Shown piece after piece: positions 61,264 through 64,000 of a stretch of 64,000 bases of DNA (its first letter is position 1; every line of letters starts with the position of its first letter). The notes beneath the pieces are model-generated. The model was not told the DNA's origin. It made no database searches and saw nothing but the letters and a program-made list of their open reading frames with translations. Source of the DNA: Eledone cirrhosa (lineage: Eukaryota). A program made the position numbers and the translations under genes. The stretch lies in NCBI GenBank assembly GCA_964016885.1, contig OZ024744.1, forward strand, positions 84,630,001 to 84,694,000, written 5' to 3'.

Positions 61264-63120
61264 CTGAAAAATATGGACTGTCATGAAAATTGTCGTACAT
61301 TTGTTTTGATATTACAAAGCGTGAATTTTTTTTTTTTTTTTTTTTTTTCTTCGGAGAGACGGGATGGAGAGAGAAAATATGCCTTGTTTGTCATCAATAA
61401 ATCAATAGGTTCTGTAATGAATAATTCAATGAAGGGCAATATAGTATTCTATCTCTGATTTAAAATAAATGTGTTGAATGTTTGTGAATTCTAGCTGTTT
61501 ACCTTTCGCGTCTTATGTATGACTCTGTACACTATCATGAAAAACGTGGTTATCGATATACATGTAGTAGTTTGCTCTTTGTTGAATCAAATACACATTA
61601 ATCTAAAAGATGTTTATTTATACTATATTGAATAAATCACTGATGGATAATATGCTGTTTTATATCCAGGCTTTGTGAATAAGTTGATCCTGTACAAAGC
61701 TTTACAACTGAATTTCTAAAAATTCACAAATCTGAAAAGAAGCTCAGCAACAAAACCTAATTTCTGTCACATCATCTGCAGAAGTATAAAAATGCATGGT
61801 AAAAATTTGAAAATGATAGTGAACTGCCCACATGGTCAACTAAGGGCATCAAAATGGGTGTTTGTTAAGAAATTTTGAAATCGCACATATTTCAAAAGAA
61901 TTATTCTGACACTCCCATAATAGCAACTAACATGGTTACTACTCAGAAATGATCTACTATATGCTAAATAACAGGAAAAAAATTGTTGCTTTATCTAGTG
62001 TACCTATTGAGATAAACATACTTAAAAGAAGCAAACATTTACTGTACGTTTAATTATTGACAATTTTCAGAGGCCTGAAGAGGGAAACGTATACAAGATA
62101 GACTGGATTTGATAAGATATTTGAACTCTACAGAAAGAGTTAGCCCTTGTATGAATGTTTTTATGAATTACAGGAGCTAGTATGAATTCTTTCAAGGGAA
62201 TCTGAGGGGTGACCTGGGACCTTCTGGGGAATTTGACATGGAATGACCCTGTACTATCATTACCGATGTCAAGTAAACAAGGTAAATAAAAAAAAAAAAG
62301 TACGTAGCCGAAATTGGTTTAAGTAAAAATTAAAATTTTATTCATAGAAATGAAAATACAGAAAACAATGGGAGGTAAAAAAAAAAGAGAAAAGCAAAAA
62401 ATGAAAAATAAAGAAAAATAGCGAAAGTAAGGGAAAGAGGAGAAAGAATGACAGCCTCTACACCCCAGGTATATCTCAGTTATACACCCGTGGACAAAAT
62501 GGCGGAAACATTGCTGCAGAGAACAGCTAACAACGACACTCGCTGCATCAGACACACTATCTCACGGGGCTGTTTCCTCAGGTGGGATATACTCCTGGGG
62601 ATTATTGCAGAGGAAAATGGTTGTTTAGGGACCGAGTACAGACAAGGTCTTAATAACAACTGGTATGGAAATAAAGCGATATGTTAGGTCTCTGTATTTA
62701 GTAGTCAAAAGTATACATAAGCAGAGTATAACAAACAGCGACTTTCAAGAAAGTAAACTGAGTTAATTCCCCTAGACGTTTAACTATGGAGTTGTGTCCC
62801 TTGTAAGTATCTGTCGGCCGTCGTAGCAAGAAAGGAAGTAGTTTAATTTTATGCTACAAATACCCAATATCAATTTTGTTTTATTGCAAATCAACCAATA
62901 TAATAGCCTTGTGTATTTGTCTGTAACACAGTAAAGATGACTGAGGAAGGAAGGGGTGATTATGTCGCCAGGGGAAGTAAGAGGTGATGACAAACTACAG
63001 AAAGTAGCGGCTAACATTTACTACACCAATGTGTGTATGTAGAGCGAATTGGCTACACAAATTGGGTGTTATGATTATGTGAGTGTATGTGTGTTTGTGT
63101 AAATTAAATATCATATATAA

Positions 63121-63464
63121 TACTAGCCGAATTATCCGCGCCATGCTGCGTTTCACACATATTTTTGGTAAGAAAATGTTGATTGATTTTAATCAGTGAT
63201 ATAATTTATAGCGAAAACTCTGCATTTCAATGTTACTCAATGTAAAATGTAATGCATGAAAAATTGGAAAACATTATTTTTTGTAATATATCAAATCTAA
63301 ATTACATTATTAAATGTTATTGTTATTTTAATTCTTGTAAATAATCTTTTTGTAATAGGGAAACTTTTTTGGTGTAAATCCTATGGTCATTCCTGACCGA
63401 AGGGAGTCTTTAGCTTTTTTTAGGGTGGCAGCAAACAGACGAAAGGGTTAGTAATGCACGCATA

Positions 63465-63496
<32 letters not shown>

Positions 63497-63500
63497 GATC
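63121..63500 (+). mobile_element. Possible non-autonomous Helitron-like (Lep1-type) element
   Basis: Starts ACTAGCCGAATTATCCGCGCCATGCTGCG, AT-rich body, subterminal (CA)n. Confidence 0.35.
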
Positions 63501-63564
63501 TAAACTGTTCACTTGACAACATAAAACTGGTATTCAACAATATGATTAACATTTCAAGGCTTTA

Positions 63565-63610
63565 AGACTGTGGTTCCCAAACGGCGAGGCGCCCCTCATA
63601 GGTGAGGCGG
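63565..63610 (+). mobile_element. hAT-Charlie-like terminal fragment
   Basis: CTGTGGTTCCCAAAC..GGCGCCCC resembles the CAGTGGTTCCCAAAC terminus type. Confidence 0.45.
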
Positions 63611-63619
63611 AAGAGGATA

Positions 63620-63930
63620 GCAGGTGAGCACTGGTCGCCGTTGAGACCTCAGGCGTAAATGGGCTCCCTACAGTTAAGATCCTCCGCAAGATCGGAATGT
63701 CGCCGGTTGGGTGGCTGTTGCAGCGGGTGTCACTGACCATTGTCTGCAGGAATGCTTTTGCGGTCTTTTCCGCGAGGCACAGCCCTCCTGCCCCCATGCC
63801 TTAGGCCCAACGCCTCCCCCACCCCCTCTTCTGCCACACTAGAATTCTTCCCATCCCCTTCTCATTCTTTTTTTCTTTTTTTTCACTTTTTTCTCTATAT
63901 TTTCCTATTTTTTTTTTTTTTTTTTTTTAT
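63620..63930 (+). mobile_element. 3' fragment of a CRE-type element
   Basis: VAVETSGV..VGWLLQRVSL..RNAFAV; inverted homolog of 18260-18615. Confidence 0.75.
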
Positions 63931-63942
63931 TTTTTTTTATTA

Positions 63943-64000
63943 TTGGCATATCGGTAGAGCGTCAGACGCCATGCTTTGCAGTACAGAGTTACGATCCTTT
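63943..64000 (+). mobile_element. SINE 5' end, cut by the window edge
   Basis: TTGGCATATCGGTAGAGCGTCAGACGCCATGCTTTGCAG. Confidence 0.8.

Noticed and set aside
62072-62146. CTGAAGA..GAAA hammerhead candidate
   Set aside because: Helix II and III do not pair convincingly; it reads better as decayed coding sequence.

Overview
Eukaryotic, AT-rich, repeat-saturated DNA with no recognisable host gene. The dominant tRNA-derived SINE and the long (TA)n/(CA)n tracts resemble octopod cephalopod genomes (recollection, not verified). Most short ORFs in the track are microsatellite or antisense artefacts. The real coding content is transposon-derived: a hAT (Charlie/Buster-type) relic, a Chapaev3-like DDE transposase with TIRs, CRE-type fragments, three Tx1/L1-type LINEs (one near full length), three Dong/R4 LINEs (one a single stop codon from intact), an RTE LINE with a twin-priming-type inversion, CR1-like fragments, and at least five Penelope-like element (PLE) pieces of two types. 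The strongest hidden signal is about 18 type-I hammerhead ribozyme (HHR) motifs read by eye, most in PLE 3' ends or small non-coding modules embedded in (TA)n. They include U3-A8, C4 and A4 core variants, a perfect 114-bp double-HHR palindrome and a retrozyme-like partial tandem. Other notable points are a 3' tail shared by the SINE and the Tx1 LINE, a pile-up of retroelements on (TAA/TTA)n, and an unexplained GU-rich rod-like structure near 62.5 kb. All family calls come from motif recognition without database searches, and element boundaries are approximate.
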